A stretch of 63,443 nucleotides of DNA, counting the filler, from Catajapyx aquilonaris (taxonomy: Eukaryota): NCBI GenBank assembly GCA_000934665.2. It is 2 parts of 2 records of this genome, joined end to end, with 100 filler letters (N's around TTAATTAATTAA, not from the genome) between each part and the next. Parts side by side here need not be neighbours in the genome. Positions count along the whole stretch, not along the records: positions 31,793 to 63,443 come from JYFJ02004503.1; 1 more part is not named here. One strand, 5' to 3'. The translations under genes were made by a program, and so were the position numbers. Below the pieces are notes generated by a model. It was not told the origin of the DNA and ran no database searches. It was given only the letters and a program-made list of their open reading frames with translations. Below are positions 37,600 to 49,365 of the stretch, one piece after another. How positions within the stretch are numbered: position 1 is the first letter of the stretch; each line of letters starts with the position of its first letter.

Positions 37600-38138
37600 A
37601 ATATCGATTTTTGATAATTGTATTGTAACAATTTATACAATACCGATTTTTGATATATTGTAACAATTTATACAATATGGATTTTTGATATATTGTAACA
37701 ATTTATACAATATCGATTTTTGATATATTGTAACATTTTATACAATATCGATTTTTGATATATTGTAACAATTTATACAATATCGATTTTTGATATATTG
37801 TAACAATTTATACAATATGGATTTTTGATATATTGTAACAATTTATACAATATCGATTTTTGATATATTGTAACATTTTATACAATATCGATTTTTGATA
37901 TATTGCAACAATTTATACAATATCGAATTTTGATATATTGTAACAATTTATACAATATCGATTTTAGATATATTGTAACAATTTATACAATATCGATTTT
38001 TGATACATTGTAACAATTTATACAATATCGATTTTTGATATATTGTAACAATTTATACAATGTCGATTTTTGATATATTGTAACAATTTATACAATATCG
38101 ATTTTTGATATATTGTAACAATTTATACAATATCGATT
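37600..38138. repeat. 35-bp AT-rich minisatellite, about 15 copies
   Basis: Unit TTGTAACAATTTATACAATATCGATTTTTGATATA (starts at 37623, 37658, ...). Confidence 0.95.
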
Positions 38139-38819
38139 TCAATTTATTCATTTCACTCACAGCAGATGGGGTAGGATGATGATAAAAAGGATGACATACG
38201 TAAATACACACAAACACAATACACACAGACACACAAATAATTTCAATCTATTAATTTCTGCAGTTTTACCGATTTTCGACATAGAAATTCTTATTCGCAC
38301 TGACTCACAGGGGGTGTCATTAATTAAGCTGACTGTAGGACATACTACTGTATGTTTGTCATATTCATGTGAATTTAACGCTGCGGACTGTGAAAGGGGG
38401 GTACGGGTATGTGAGATTAATTATGCATTCAAAACAACAGTCGCAGAAGTCTACTCATTTTACACCGTGGAGGTGTGTCACGTTAATCAGGTTAATTAAA
38501 GCCTCGGGTAATAAACCCTCGTCTTGAATTCCAACTTTATATATGTTTCATATTCTCATAGTTAATGAATGTGCGGTTCAAATATTTTTATTAAATCTTG
38601 AAACTAGTTTTTGCAATCGAACCTGGCTAGTTTGTTGATGCTGATAATTTAGTGATGTCTCTATAACTTTGCACAAACATGAAACCGCAAACCGCCAGAT
38701 GGCCACACACAGCCTAACAATATGCTTACAACAATATTATTCTGAATATGCCAAAAACTTCCCTGACCCATATATTCTTTAAATAATTTAATTTTTTGAA
38801 CTAATGAAAATTGCGCATA

Positions 38820-39085
38820 GCGAAGATTGTGTTTTCGCCAACAATCGTACATGTCTTCATCACAATCTGGCAACCACCTTTTGCAACAATCTATATTGAA
38901 TCCTCCAGTCAAGTACCGCAACACTTGGCCCGGAAATGGGATTTTGGTCCCGGGATTTCCTGCTTGAGGCCTCCTTCAGCCCCTTGTCCTTTCGCACCTT
39001 CAGGCATCCTCAGGCCCAGAATTTGTCTAAGCTTCCCATTCCTCACAGCCTTAATTGCTTTCCAGATTCAGAATACGGCATATTC
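38820..39085 (-). mobile_element. Possible internally deleted pogo-like transposase remnant
   Basis: Frameshifted pieces MPYSE../KAIKAVRNGK (psq-HTH-like) directly followed by Cys-rich KCCG / DCCKRWL..C...YDC (PHD-like). Confidence 0.3.
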
Positions 39086-39279
39086 TGACACAATACACGC
39101 ACAAATTGCTTCGTCTCGACTCGTCAACACTCTATAGTACGCCGCTTCCTAATTATTCACTTCATAGCCCATTGTTGCCGCGAGCTCACGCTGTTCAAAC
39201 GGATGAGTATTCAGTGTTAAATAGACACCGGAAAGATTTGTTTCATTACGACTAATCTAGAGGGTCACATAACTGATTA

Positions 39280-39740
39280 CAAACGGGCTAGCCTCTTACT
39301 AGGTCCATATCACAAGCTGTAGCCTCGTCCTAGGTCACTGTCACAACCTCGAACGGCTCTAACGGCCTCTAACGGCCTCTAACGGCTCTAATGGCTCTAA
39401 CGGCTCTAACGGCTCTAACGGATGTAACGGCCTCTGACGGCTGTAACGGCCTCTAACGGCTGTAACGGCCTCTAACGGTTCTAACGGTTCTAACGGTCTC
39501 TAACGGTCTCTAACGGATGTAACGGATGTAACGGCCTCTAACGGCTGTAACGGCCTCTACCGGCTGTAACCGCCTCTAACGGCTCTAACGGATGTAACGG
39601 ATGTAACGGCCTCTGACGGCTGTAACGGCCTCTAACGGCTGTAACCGTCTCTAACGGTTTTAACGGTCGTTAACGGTTTCTAACGGTCTCTAACGGCCAA
39701 CACCACATTTTTAAACAAATCAAGTGCCACAATTAGCGGT
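39280..39740 (+). repeat. Composite repeat: unique head, 9-10 bp TAACGGC(C)TC array, unique tail (copy 1)
   Basis: Head AAACGGGCTAGCCTCTTACTAGGTCCATATCACAAGC, tail CAACACCACATTTTTAAACAAATC; repeated at 41150-41363. Confidence 0.9.
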
Positions 39741-41149
39741 TTGTTAAATTAATTGGAAGCGTTTAAATCCGGTTCTATATTACAAACCGCAATCCTATTT
39801 AGCGCCGCGATTTATACATGGCATAACTGCCCAATTAACCATCAAATGCTCGGGGTGTGAAGTAAAGGCGTGACAAATATGTTGGGAAGCATCCGGAAAA
39901 CCGCGGGTAATAATTGCATCATGAATATCAATTACTCGCGTTTCAATACCTGTCGTATGTGACGTTAGAATAGAATTGTAACGTAGAAATCTATAATTGG
40001 GGATAGATCGATCAATGATGTGTATAACTGGTTATGATGCAGAATTGTAGAAGAACTGATGTTACAGTATCAGTGTACATGAATTATGTATCAATATTTT
40101 CATGTTTGAGTAAAGTCAATATTTTTATGCGGCTATGACGTAGAAAAGTATTAGGTCAAGCTATGTATATAGTACGGTAGTAATCTCCTAAATGTGAGAG
40201 ACAGAATTAAAAATCCGATGTAATTCCCTGGGAATTACAGCGTAGAGCACCCATAAATGTCAAAAATTCGGCCTAGTAAATAAACACGGTTTTAAAAAGA
40301 AGTTAACACATATGTGAGATCAAACGGCCAAATTTTTTTCTATGAATAAAAACACATTTTATGCCCAAAAGCCCGAAACTAATTTTAATTATTGTAATGC
40401 ATTGGGTTGTAACTATTATGATAATTATGCGCGGCTCTTGTTAGGTATTTGATAGTGTTATTACTATTCCAGTCAGTAGCATCATAAAATTATTCAATAC
40501 TATCTGGAATATGTCACGCGCAATCATGACAATTGCATTTTTCTTCAAAAAAATTTAATTTTATTGCAACAATATTTATTTACTAGCAGAGAACCCGTTC
40601 TTCTCATTGTGATTGAAAAATAAAAGATATATGTGCCACAATAGCCGTTGTTGACCAAACACAAAACCTAAATTTGGGGTGTTTACACTCAAAAAAGTGC
40701 AGTTTTTTTTTTCTTCAAATAAGTGACACACAAATGTCAGGTAGTTACAGCACTCTCAGGACCGCGAAAGTGGGCTAGGTAGCCGCGACATACATAAATA
40801 GCAACAAACTTTCTGCTTTATATATGTACGATTTATTTATTTATTTCGCCCCGTTTTTGCGTTTTTCGATGTGGCTAGGTATGACCTGCTCACTACTGGC
40901 CAATGACGCAGCCAAGATTCCAGTTCGGGGGCGGGGGGGGNGGGGGATACACCGAAAAGGGCCCCATGCCCTCCGCATGCGAAAAATTTTGGGTTCAAGG
41001 TCACACGAGCTTAGGTGAATGTGAGAGATTTGATTGCGTGTGTATTTGATAAAATTGGTAGCACTTTTTCCAAAAAAAATCATGAATTAGCAATTTGAAA
41101 ACAGAATTTTTTTGAAAACATGATTTCCCCGTTTCCAATTGCATTTTAT

Positions 41150-41363
41150 AAACGGGCTAGCCTCTTACTAGGTCCATATCACAAGCCGTAGCCTCGTCCT
41201 AGGTCACTATCACAACCTCGAACGGCTCTAACGGTTCTAACGGCCTCTAACGGTCTCTAACGGTCTCTAACGGCTCTAACGGTTCTAACGGCCTCTAACG
41301 GTTTATAACGGTCTCTAACTGCCAACACCACATTTTTAAACAAATCAGTGCCACAATTAGCGG
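41150..41363 (+). repeat. Composite repeat copy 2, with a shorter TAACGG array
   Basis: Same head and tail as 39280-39740. Confidence 0.9.
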
Positions 41364-42866
41364 CTAACCTCTTATACGCAAGATAAAAAGACATGTTAGA
41401 ACGTTTCACAAAAACTTAAGCCGCTTTAATCCGCGAATGTCACAGTCCGTCACCCCAATCCGTAACGTCACACCTACCTCTATCGGATGCCCTGCAAGTG
41501 ACCATAAGGCAAAAGAGCAGCAGGCAGATCCTCAGGCACTCCATTAACCCTTCATCCAGGTCTAACTGGAACCACCACCATGGGTACCATGGCACCAAAA
41601 ATCTCGTATAATTATATCGTTCTTTTCCGAAAAAGAAAATTCCAAAAACTACATATGTACATCCAATCCGTGTTCCTGGGTAGATATCTTCACTCTGGTA
41701 CCTTTCCCGCGCGAATCTGATCTGGAAGCTGTGGGTACAGAGTTGCTCTATTCGCGCATCTAACGTGGGTTGGTGGGAGGTTGACAAGTGGGTGGGTTTA
41801 GGGGGAAGGTGGGGATGGAGTGGGTGGTGAGAGGGGAGCAAAAAGGTGGACATGAGGGTGGTCACACTTGGCAATTATAAGCATGGTTTAAAAATAGATA
41901 TGTGATGAATAAAAATGGTGAGATTTGCATGGTGATGGGCGAATTTTCGTAGATGAAAAGTGTGGTAATCAGGCGGCAGGGTCGTGACACGCGGGGTTGA
42001 CCTCTTGGCAAATGCGTATGGTAATCACTGGGGGATGTAATTGGCTGAGAGACTTATGGCCTGCTTTGTATATGAATGGGGAGTGTTCTATAGTCGATGT
42101 TTTTACTACGAAATAAATATTTAAAAATATTTAACAAATATTTAAATAATATTACGCAGAATATGTACACTTACAGTACGATATTTCCTCACATGTTTTT
42201 AAAACATATATAATATAACATATGCCATATGCATTCCTAATCTTATTTATCCAAATGCTATTTACAGCAAGTTCACTCGTAGTAATGTAGTTCAACTAAA
42301 GCCGTCTGGGCAGCACTGGCTATAGCAACGAGACTAGAACATAGATCAATAGACATCTGTTGTCTGAATATAGAACGTACCGTACCTGATGTTATTAGGC
42401 TATGCTATGCTATGCTATTAGGCTGGAAGTGGCTTGCATATTGTTTACTCCACAATCTCTAAATATTGTTGCAGTAATTACATCAACGCGTGTCCATAAT
42501 CGAAGCGACAACAATAGACGAGTAACAGAAGAGCCAACAGGGTGTACCAAAAATTTCAATGGAATTTAAGAACTTCCAGTAAACAGTCGCCGACCCCCCC
42601 TCCCCCCAAAAGTGCCACGTGGTATTTGCACAACCCCTTACCCATTGTTGAAAAAATAGTCATCAACAACAACACTACAACAATGCCAGGCAGAGATTAC
42701 CATGTAACGACACTACATTGTTATCAGCATTGTTCTCCTGACCGGCCCTGTAAGCACATACGCACTATTTAAATTTAATTACTGGTAATTTTATTCTTGC
42801 AGACAAAGTGTAAATAACAGTGTAGTAAATTTTTCTCTTTCGAAAATAGATGCCACATTTTGACAA

Positions 42867-43424
42867 TTATGGGACATAATCGTCATCCACACTGTCGGTG
42901 TCACTGTTGCTAACAAGGTTCACACCATTGTTGATCATCTCTTCAGTCTCCGATTCCTCCGAATCCTCAACATCCTCACCACTCAATGACGGCTCATACA
43001 GAGACTCATCATCTTCAATCTCCTCGTCATGCTCATCATCATCAGTCTCCTCATCAGCAGTCTCCTCACCATCACTCTCCTCAGTTTCATCTTCTGAGTC
43101 TGTGAGACCCCTGAAGTAAAATGGATTCGGAACCTCCATCACATTTTCCTGTGGAACACGCTCCCGCAGGGTCATGGCCAGAGGTGGAATAGGCTTTCGG
43201 ACACTCTGACGTTTGTTGGTGACCCTTCCAGGGTTCTTCACTTCTGCAGTCTTCTTCACTGCCTCCTTAACAGGAGCTTTCTGCCTACCTCCAGATGGTG
43301 CCAGTTTCGGCGTCTGACCTCTAGCCTCCAGCCTAGCTTGAAGCCTACGAGCATGTCCAGACATGACCCGTTTGTCGTTCAGCATGTCAAACGCCCCACT
43401 CCTGCACAGCTCCTCATACAACGG
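42867..43424 (-). CDS. Divergent two-HMG-box protein, exon 3 (basic linker plus D/E-rich tail)
   Basis: Acceptor tttgcag|CCG after a 52-nt intron containing ctaat; K/R-rich segment then DSEDETEESDGEETADEETDDDEHDEEIEDDE; AATAAA at 42795-42790. Confidence 0.72.
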   Translation of the reverse strand, partial: PLYEELCRSGAFDMLNDKRVMSGHARRLQARLEARGQTPKLAPSGGRQKAPVKEAVKKTAEVKNPGRVTNKRQSVRKPIPPLAMTLRERVPQENVMEVPNPFYFRGLTDSEDETEESDGEETADEETDDDEHDEEIEDDESLYEPSLSGEDVEDSEESETEEMINNGVNLVSNSDTDSVDDDYVP

Positions 43425-43476
43425 CTGCAAATCATATAATTAGTGTCTGAACAGACAAGTTGCCAACAATAATTAC

Positions 43477-43632
43477 CCCTTCAGGACCAGTAGGGACCAC
43501 GAAGTATTCAGGGTGGGCTATTGCCTCACGACGGTACGCCTCCACACTATTGGCAGGAAGTCGGTCCCATCTCTGTATCGATATGGCAATCCATTCGTCA
43601 GGATTGCCCTTCTTGAACTCGGACGAAATAGT
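43477..43632 (-). CDS. Divergent two-HMG-box protein, exon 2 (second box)
   Basis: Acceptor ttgttag|ACT, donor GGG|gtaatt, 156 nt phase 0/0; TISSEFKKGNPDEWIAISIQRWDRLPANSVEAYRREA completes a second box begun by FVLYYTDVRP. Confidence 0.68.
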
Positions 43633-43711
43633 CTAACAATGAACATGTTGCCATAAGAACCGTACAATCATAACAATGTAACAATGGATCGAACGATTTT
43701 TGAACACTTAC

Positions 43712-43978
43712 AGGCCTGACATCTGTGTAGTACAGGACAAACTCTGGTGTGATTGTATGACCCTTATGGCAATTGGTCTCCCACACTGCCCTCTGCCTCT
43801 CAACCTTCTCTAGGTTGACGTCAGATTTCCTCTCCCAGTAGGTCCTCACATCCGGGTCCATATTCTTCCAACTGTTATTGGCCATTTTAGTCCCATCCAT
43901 ATCCTTCTCTCCGGTTCGAAGGGCACGAATGTCCAGCCTGTCCTTCAGCACAGCTTCGTACAAGGTAAATCCGTCCAT
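43712..43978 (-). CDS. Divergent two-HMG-box protein with acidic tail, exon 1
   Basis: MDGFTLY...KMANNSWKNMDPDVRTYWERK fits the HMG-box helix pattern; donor CCT|gtaagt at 43712. Confidence 0.7.
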
Positions 43979-44135
43979 CTTATGTCCTCACAGATATTGG
44001 TGTACAGAAAGTAGAGCGTTACAAATACACGTCTAAACTTGACTGATGCGAAAGCCTGAATGAACTGTCAACAAACTAGTTGGCTTGACACTACTTGACA
44101 CTGTTTGACCGGTTCGCCTGGCAACCACCAAATTG

Positions 44136-46061
44136 TTACGGTAAAAATGGACATTTTCTCGGCCCATACATGCAATGTACAATACGCTCATAAGTAAAGA
44201 CCGCGAGAGCTAAGCATATCCCACAGCTAAACACTATAAAGTGACCTTGCAACCTGTCTAGGGTAAACACCACCCTTCCTTTGTCACTCTCAACAAAATG
44301 GTCTCTTCTTCTAGCCTGAGCAGCATCTAGCAATCTTCTGTGCTCCAGCAACCTCTCATTCTTCACATTAATTCCGATGCTGTAGAATATATGATTCCAA
44401 TAGTTCCAATTGTCATAGTAGATAGTCCCTTTTAGAAGAACATCAGAGTAATAAATTAAAACAAAGTAATCATTAGATTTGAAAACATTGCCCTGGCAAT
44501 ACGGATCTAACTTCTTCATAGCACGTTTTAGTGTCAACGGGGTTTCCATGCAAACACTGTCTTCAGTGGGGACATTTCTGAAGCACTGCTTCCAGGTTTC
44601 TACTGTTTCTATTCGCTTGTACGTGCTCTCGTAAATGTCATGCTCTTTGAACTCAATGGGAGCAATCAGTACTAGATATAACTCTCGGGTCATTTTAATG
44701 GCAAAGTCAGAATTTGCCAATTCTTTGAAATTTTTCGGGATCTCCTCCAATGGAGGGGTAGTTAGGAAAGTGTAGAGTTTGGCGCAATACACCGTTGTAA
44801 TGATCATAGAGAAGTATATCCAAGTCATGGCCACAACCTTTGAGGCCGATGGACCAGGAAATGCTGCGCTTTCTTCTAAGGTAACTTTTATAAGGTAATT
44901 CAGATGAGCAAAGAACGATACAGGTTGTCCAGGATTGTCATGGACAAACATTCCATGATGAAGTTTAGCAATAATCACTAATGCTACACAGGACACGAAC
45001 AATGAAGCAACAATCATGCTCCAAGTAACTGGAGTGAACGGATAAAGAGTGATGAGTACGCTGATGTCTGGTCGTGGTGTCCGTGCCAGGAAGGTCACTT
45101 TGTTGTTCTGATACGGCGCCATTAGGTCACCCACTGCATTGATCATATCAATTACTGGAAAACCTATGAAAAAATTCAGTTTTCCGTCGAGTACGTCTCG
45201 TACAACCAGACCTAGTGCTGTCAAGTTGTCTAATAAGCCAGTCATGTCAAATTCAGATTGATGCCAGGTGAAGTTGAGTGCTTTTCCGATAAAACACAAC
45301 GGATTTTCGACTCTAGAAGTGTTACCGCAATTTTTGGAACTATCTTCATCGCTATATAGAGATTTCAATAACTTTCCATGCAGATTATTGGATGTGTCCT
45401 TGAAAAGTTGTCGATACGAAATGTGAGAAATGTACGACGGTATTCCCACTGATTCGACTACTGGGTTCCCATCGTCACAAAATAAGCACACAGAATGCAC
45501 TAGTAAGAAACCGTTTTGTTGAGAGTTGATAAACACCTTGTACTTGATTGTAGACAATGGCTTATCAAGGAGATAATTGGAGTCTGCATTGTCTCTAATC
45601 CAAAACACAAACTTGTCTCTTGTTTTTTTCACTACCAGTCCATTGACTTCTTCGTCCAATATCTGGTCCATAAAATCCCCAAAATTGGAGGAGCATACCA
45701 CAATCAGATGTATGGCGCACTTGGCCATCTTATCTCTAGGATCCAGTTCTCGACGCGATTGTGAAGTGGCGTCATCTGAAGAATCGCAGTTCCAATTGCT
45801 GACAGAATCCGATTTGGAAACGAGAAGAGGTCGTCCAAGAGATGACACCTTCCTCGTGAAATCCATCAGCTCTTCAGGGAAATGATCACCCAAGTCATGA
45901 TGGATCAGAACAGGACACTCAACTGACTCAGCGTTCTTCAGCAGGTTCCACATGAATTGAGTTTCAGTGTACCCATGTGAATTTCCTATTTGAATTTGTA
46001 CATGGCTGGACTTTGTTGTCAAAAATAATTTCACTATGAAGAGAATATGATAGAGCAACAT
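44136..46061 (-). CDS. Divergent ionotropic receptor (IR, iGluR-related chemoreceptor), copy A, intact, intronless, 641 aa
   Basis: Signal peptide; M1 (PFTPVTWSMIVASLFV), M3 (VVAMTWIYFSMIITTVYCAKLYTFLT, equivalent to SYTANLAAFLT), M4 (LDRLQGHFIVFSCGICLALAVFTYE). Confidence 0.88.
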   Translation of the reverse strand: MLLYHILFIVKLFLTTKSSHVQIQIGNSHGYTETQFMWNLLKNAESVECPVLIHHDLGDHFPEELMDFTRKVSSLGRPLLVSKSDSVSNWNCDSSDDATSQSRRELDPRDKMAKCAIHLIVVCSSNFGDFMDQILDEEVNGLVVKKTRDKFVFWIRDNADSNYLLDKPLSTIKYKVFINSQQNGFLLVHSVCLFCDDGNPVVESVGIPSYISHISYRQLFKDTSNNLHGKLLKSLYSDEDSSKNCGNTSRVENPLCFIGKALNFTWHQSEFDMTGLLDNLTALGLVVRDVLDGKLNFFIGFPVIDMINAVGDLMAPYQNNKVTFLARTPRPDISVLITLYPFTPVTWSMIVASLFVSCVALVIIAKLHHGMFVHDNPGQPVSFFAHLNYLIKVTLEESAAFPGPSASKVVAMTWIYFSMIITTVYCAKLYTFLTTPPLEEIPKNFKELANSDFAIKMTRELYLVLIAPIEFKEHDIYESTYKRIETVETWKQCFRNVPTEDSVCMETPLTLKRAMKKLDPYCQGNVFKSNDYFVLIYYSDVLLKGTIYYDNWNYWNHIFYSIGINVKNERLLEHRRLLDAAQARRRDHFVESDKGRVVFTLDRLQGHFIVFSCGICLALAVFTYERIVHCMYGPRKCPFLP

Positions 46062-46905
46062 TTTTCTTTATCCTTGCACTTTTACTCTACACGAAGAGTA
46101 TTTTGATGTAGTATAATCTGCACAAACGCGAATCCGGGCAATACAAACATCTGAACCTCGTCAAAGAGTCAGCCCAAATGACTGTTTCTCCCCCTTTCCA
46201 GTTTCTGACTTGCGAAACTGCAAAGGCACACTACAATATTAATCCGAACTCGAGTTTCGAAAGTGCCCTGACCTTTCTGCTCACCCGATCTCGCTTGGCC
46301 AAATTCGCAGATAATTGCATGTGTCGCAACCGTAGTGACACCAAATGCACAAATGTTTATTTTAAACAGATATACAGTATAAGGTATAAGGTAGAATGTA
46401 GAAGGTAGAAGGCAGAAGGTAGAAGGTAGAAGATATAAGTATACAGTATAAGGATCGATCACGGTATCCTTGAACAAGTCACCTCCAGTGAAGTAATTAG
46501 TAGCCTACTGTTGGTCTCTCAACACTCACGTGACATACTCAGGGAATTGCCACACTCAGTTATGGTTTCGACATAGGGCGAATTAATATTGCAATCAGAA
46601 GACCCTAATTGTAGGATAAGATCGTCCCTGATGTGTTATGTTTCAAAGGCTGATTTTTCCAAGCCACCTGAGCAGAGTTATTTTCCTTGACTTTATTGAC
46701 ATCGGTTTGTTTCTCTTCTTTGTTTTGGAATTTCCATGGAGATATTCTGATGAAGAACCGCTCCTGACCTAGGAGGTCAAATGCAAGGTGATCATAGAAT
46801 TCCCTGATAAACCGGGCTCAAAATTTATTGCACTGAGAACATTCAAACAGCTACACATAAGTACAGTAAACTACATTCAGAAATGAAATAGGGATTGCAC
46901 AAGTA

Positions 46906-48825
46906 TTAGGGTAAAAATGGATATTTTCTCGGCCCATACATGCAGTGTACAATACGTTCATAAGTGAACACTGCGAGAGCCAAGCATATTCCACAGCTAA
47001 ACACTATAAAATGACCTTGCAGCCTGTCCAGGGTAAACACCACCCTTCCTTTGTCACTGTCAACAAAATGGTCCCTTCTTGTAGCCTGAGCAGCATCCAA
47101 CAATCTTCTGTACTCCAGCAATCTGTAATTCCTCTCATGAAGTCCTATGCTGTAATAGATGTGATTCCAATAGTCCCAGTTCTCATAGTAGATGGTTCCT
47201 TTTAGCATGGCTGTAGTGTAATATATTAAAACAAAGTAATCATCAGAAATGAAAACATTGCCCTGGCCATACAAATCTAAGTTTTCCATACCACTTTGTA
47301 ATTCCCATGGATCTTGCATACAAACACTGTCTTCAGTGAGGATATTTCCGGAGCACTCCTGAAAAGTTTCTACTGTTTCTATTCTATTGTAAATATCCTC
47401 TTAATCCTACTCATTAAATTCCATATTACTAATGTACACAAGATGTGATGCTCGGGTCATTTTTATTGCAAATTTAGAATTTGCCAGTTCTATGAAATTG
47501 TTCGGAACCTCCTCCAACGGAGGAGAAGTAAGGAAAGTGTAGAGTTTGGCGCAATACACCGTTGTAATGATGATGGAGAAGTATATCCAAGTCATGGCCA
47601 CAACCTTTGAGGCCGTTGGACCAGGAAATGGTGCGCTTTCTTCTAAGGTAACTTTTATAAGGTAATTCAGGTGAGCAAGGAACGATGCAGGTTGTGGACT
47701 GTCCTGGACAAACATTCCATGTCGAAGTTTAGCAATAATCATTAATGCTACACAGGACACGAACAATGAAGCAACAATCAAGCACCAAATTGATGCAGTG
47801 AAGGGATAGAGAATGATGAGTGCGCTGAAGTATGGTCTTGGTGTCCGTGCCAGGAATGTCATTTGATTGTTTTCATAAGGCGCCATCAGGTCAGCTACTG
47901 CGTTGACTATTTCCATTACCGGAAATTCCACAAAAAAGTTTAGTTTTCCATCAATTACGTCTCGTAAAAGTGCAGATGCTGCTGTCAAGTTGTCGAATAT
48001 GGACAGATCAATTGCAGATTTGTGCCAAGTGAAGTTAAGAGCTTTTCCGAAAAAGCACAACGGATGGTCCAGTTGCATAGTGTTGCCGCAATCCGCAGAA
48101 CTATCATTAAGGATACCTATAGTTTTCAACAACTTCCCGTGCATGTCATTGGCCGTGTCCTCGAACAGGTTTGTAAACGAAATGTGAGAATTGTATGATG
48201 GCATCGCGACTGATTCGACAACGGGCATTCCCTCATCACAGAAGAAGCACACATAATCCATCAGTAAGGAACCATTATGTTGAGCGTTGATAGACACTTT
48301 GTACTTCATTGTAGGCAGTGGTTTTTCAAGAAGATAACTAGCGTCTTCATTGTCTCTAATCCAAAATACAAATTTGTCTCTTGTTTTTTTCACTACCAGT
48401 CCATTGACTTCTTCGTCTAATATTTGGTACATGAAATCCTCAAAATTGGACGAGCAAGCCACAACCAGATGTATGGCGCACTTGACCATCTTCTGCCTAG
48501 GGTCCAGTTCTAACCGTTGTGATGTGGCGTCATCTGAAGAATCGCAGTTCCAATTGCTGACAGAATCCGATTTGGAAACGAGTAGAGGTCGTCCAAGAGA
48601 CGACATGTTTCGCATGAAGTCCATCAGCTCTTCAGGAAAATGATGCCTCAAATCATGATGCACCAGCGCAGGACAATCCACTTGCTCATCGTCCTTCAGA
48701 AGGTTCCACATAAACTGGCTTTCCACACTACCTCTAGTTGTATTCCTCCAGTGCATCAGTACATTGCCAGACACCACTGACAACACTGTGATGAAGACGA
48801 GAAAGGTGTAACTGATGAGCTTCAT
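46906..48825 (-). pseudogene. Divergent IR copy B, full length with two in-frame nonsense codons
   Basis: ORFs 47407..48840 and 46906..47319 are in the same frame; TAG (47409-47407) and TAA (47403-47401) replace CAG and TAC of copy D. Confidence 0.85.
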
Positions 48826-49194
48826 TTTTTCCCACTCCACTGCTTCACACGTTTGGGTGTATGTAGCAGCTTACGTATGGCATTAGATATAGAATTATCG
48901 TCATTAATCGAAATAATAATTATGCACAGGTGTGGGACAACATCTGACTCTGCTCGCATAATCCCCCCAAATGACTGGGATGATGACAGCCGATTGCATG
49001 GTATACTGAGACAGCATACTGTAATATTAATTCGCACTTGCGTTTCGCAAGTGCTCACTTCCTTTGGCTTGGCTCAGAAAATAACATAATTATATGGTCC
49101 GTGGCTTCAAAGGGGCCATGGCATCGTCACATACACATACTTTATAATTGATGTTAAGGAGGTTGGCCCAGCATTGCCTTTCAACCTCCAAGGA

Positions 49195-49365
49195 TAGGGA
49201 AGGAAGCGGCTGTGGCCTATTATACGAAAGCGACCCGGAATTATCCTAGAAAGACCGTGGAAAACCACAGAAAACCACGGTCAAGGTTGCCGGCCCCGGG
49301 ATTAGAACCCAGGACCTCCCGATTAGCAGTCGGACGCCTTATCCACTATGCCAACCTGTTCGGTA
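49195..49365 (-). mobile_element. 5' part of a tRNA-derived SINE
   Basis: Reverse complement of the 12890 SINE head. Confidence 0.8.

Noticed and set aside
32057..38138. 40-bp and 35-bp periodic arrays as CRISPR
   Set aside because: Head-to-tail repeats without unique spacers, no cas genes, eukaryotic context
29506..43978. Functional linkage between nicastrin and the HMG/IR cluster
   Set aside because: They are separated by an artificial contig linker, so adjacency is unsupported
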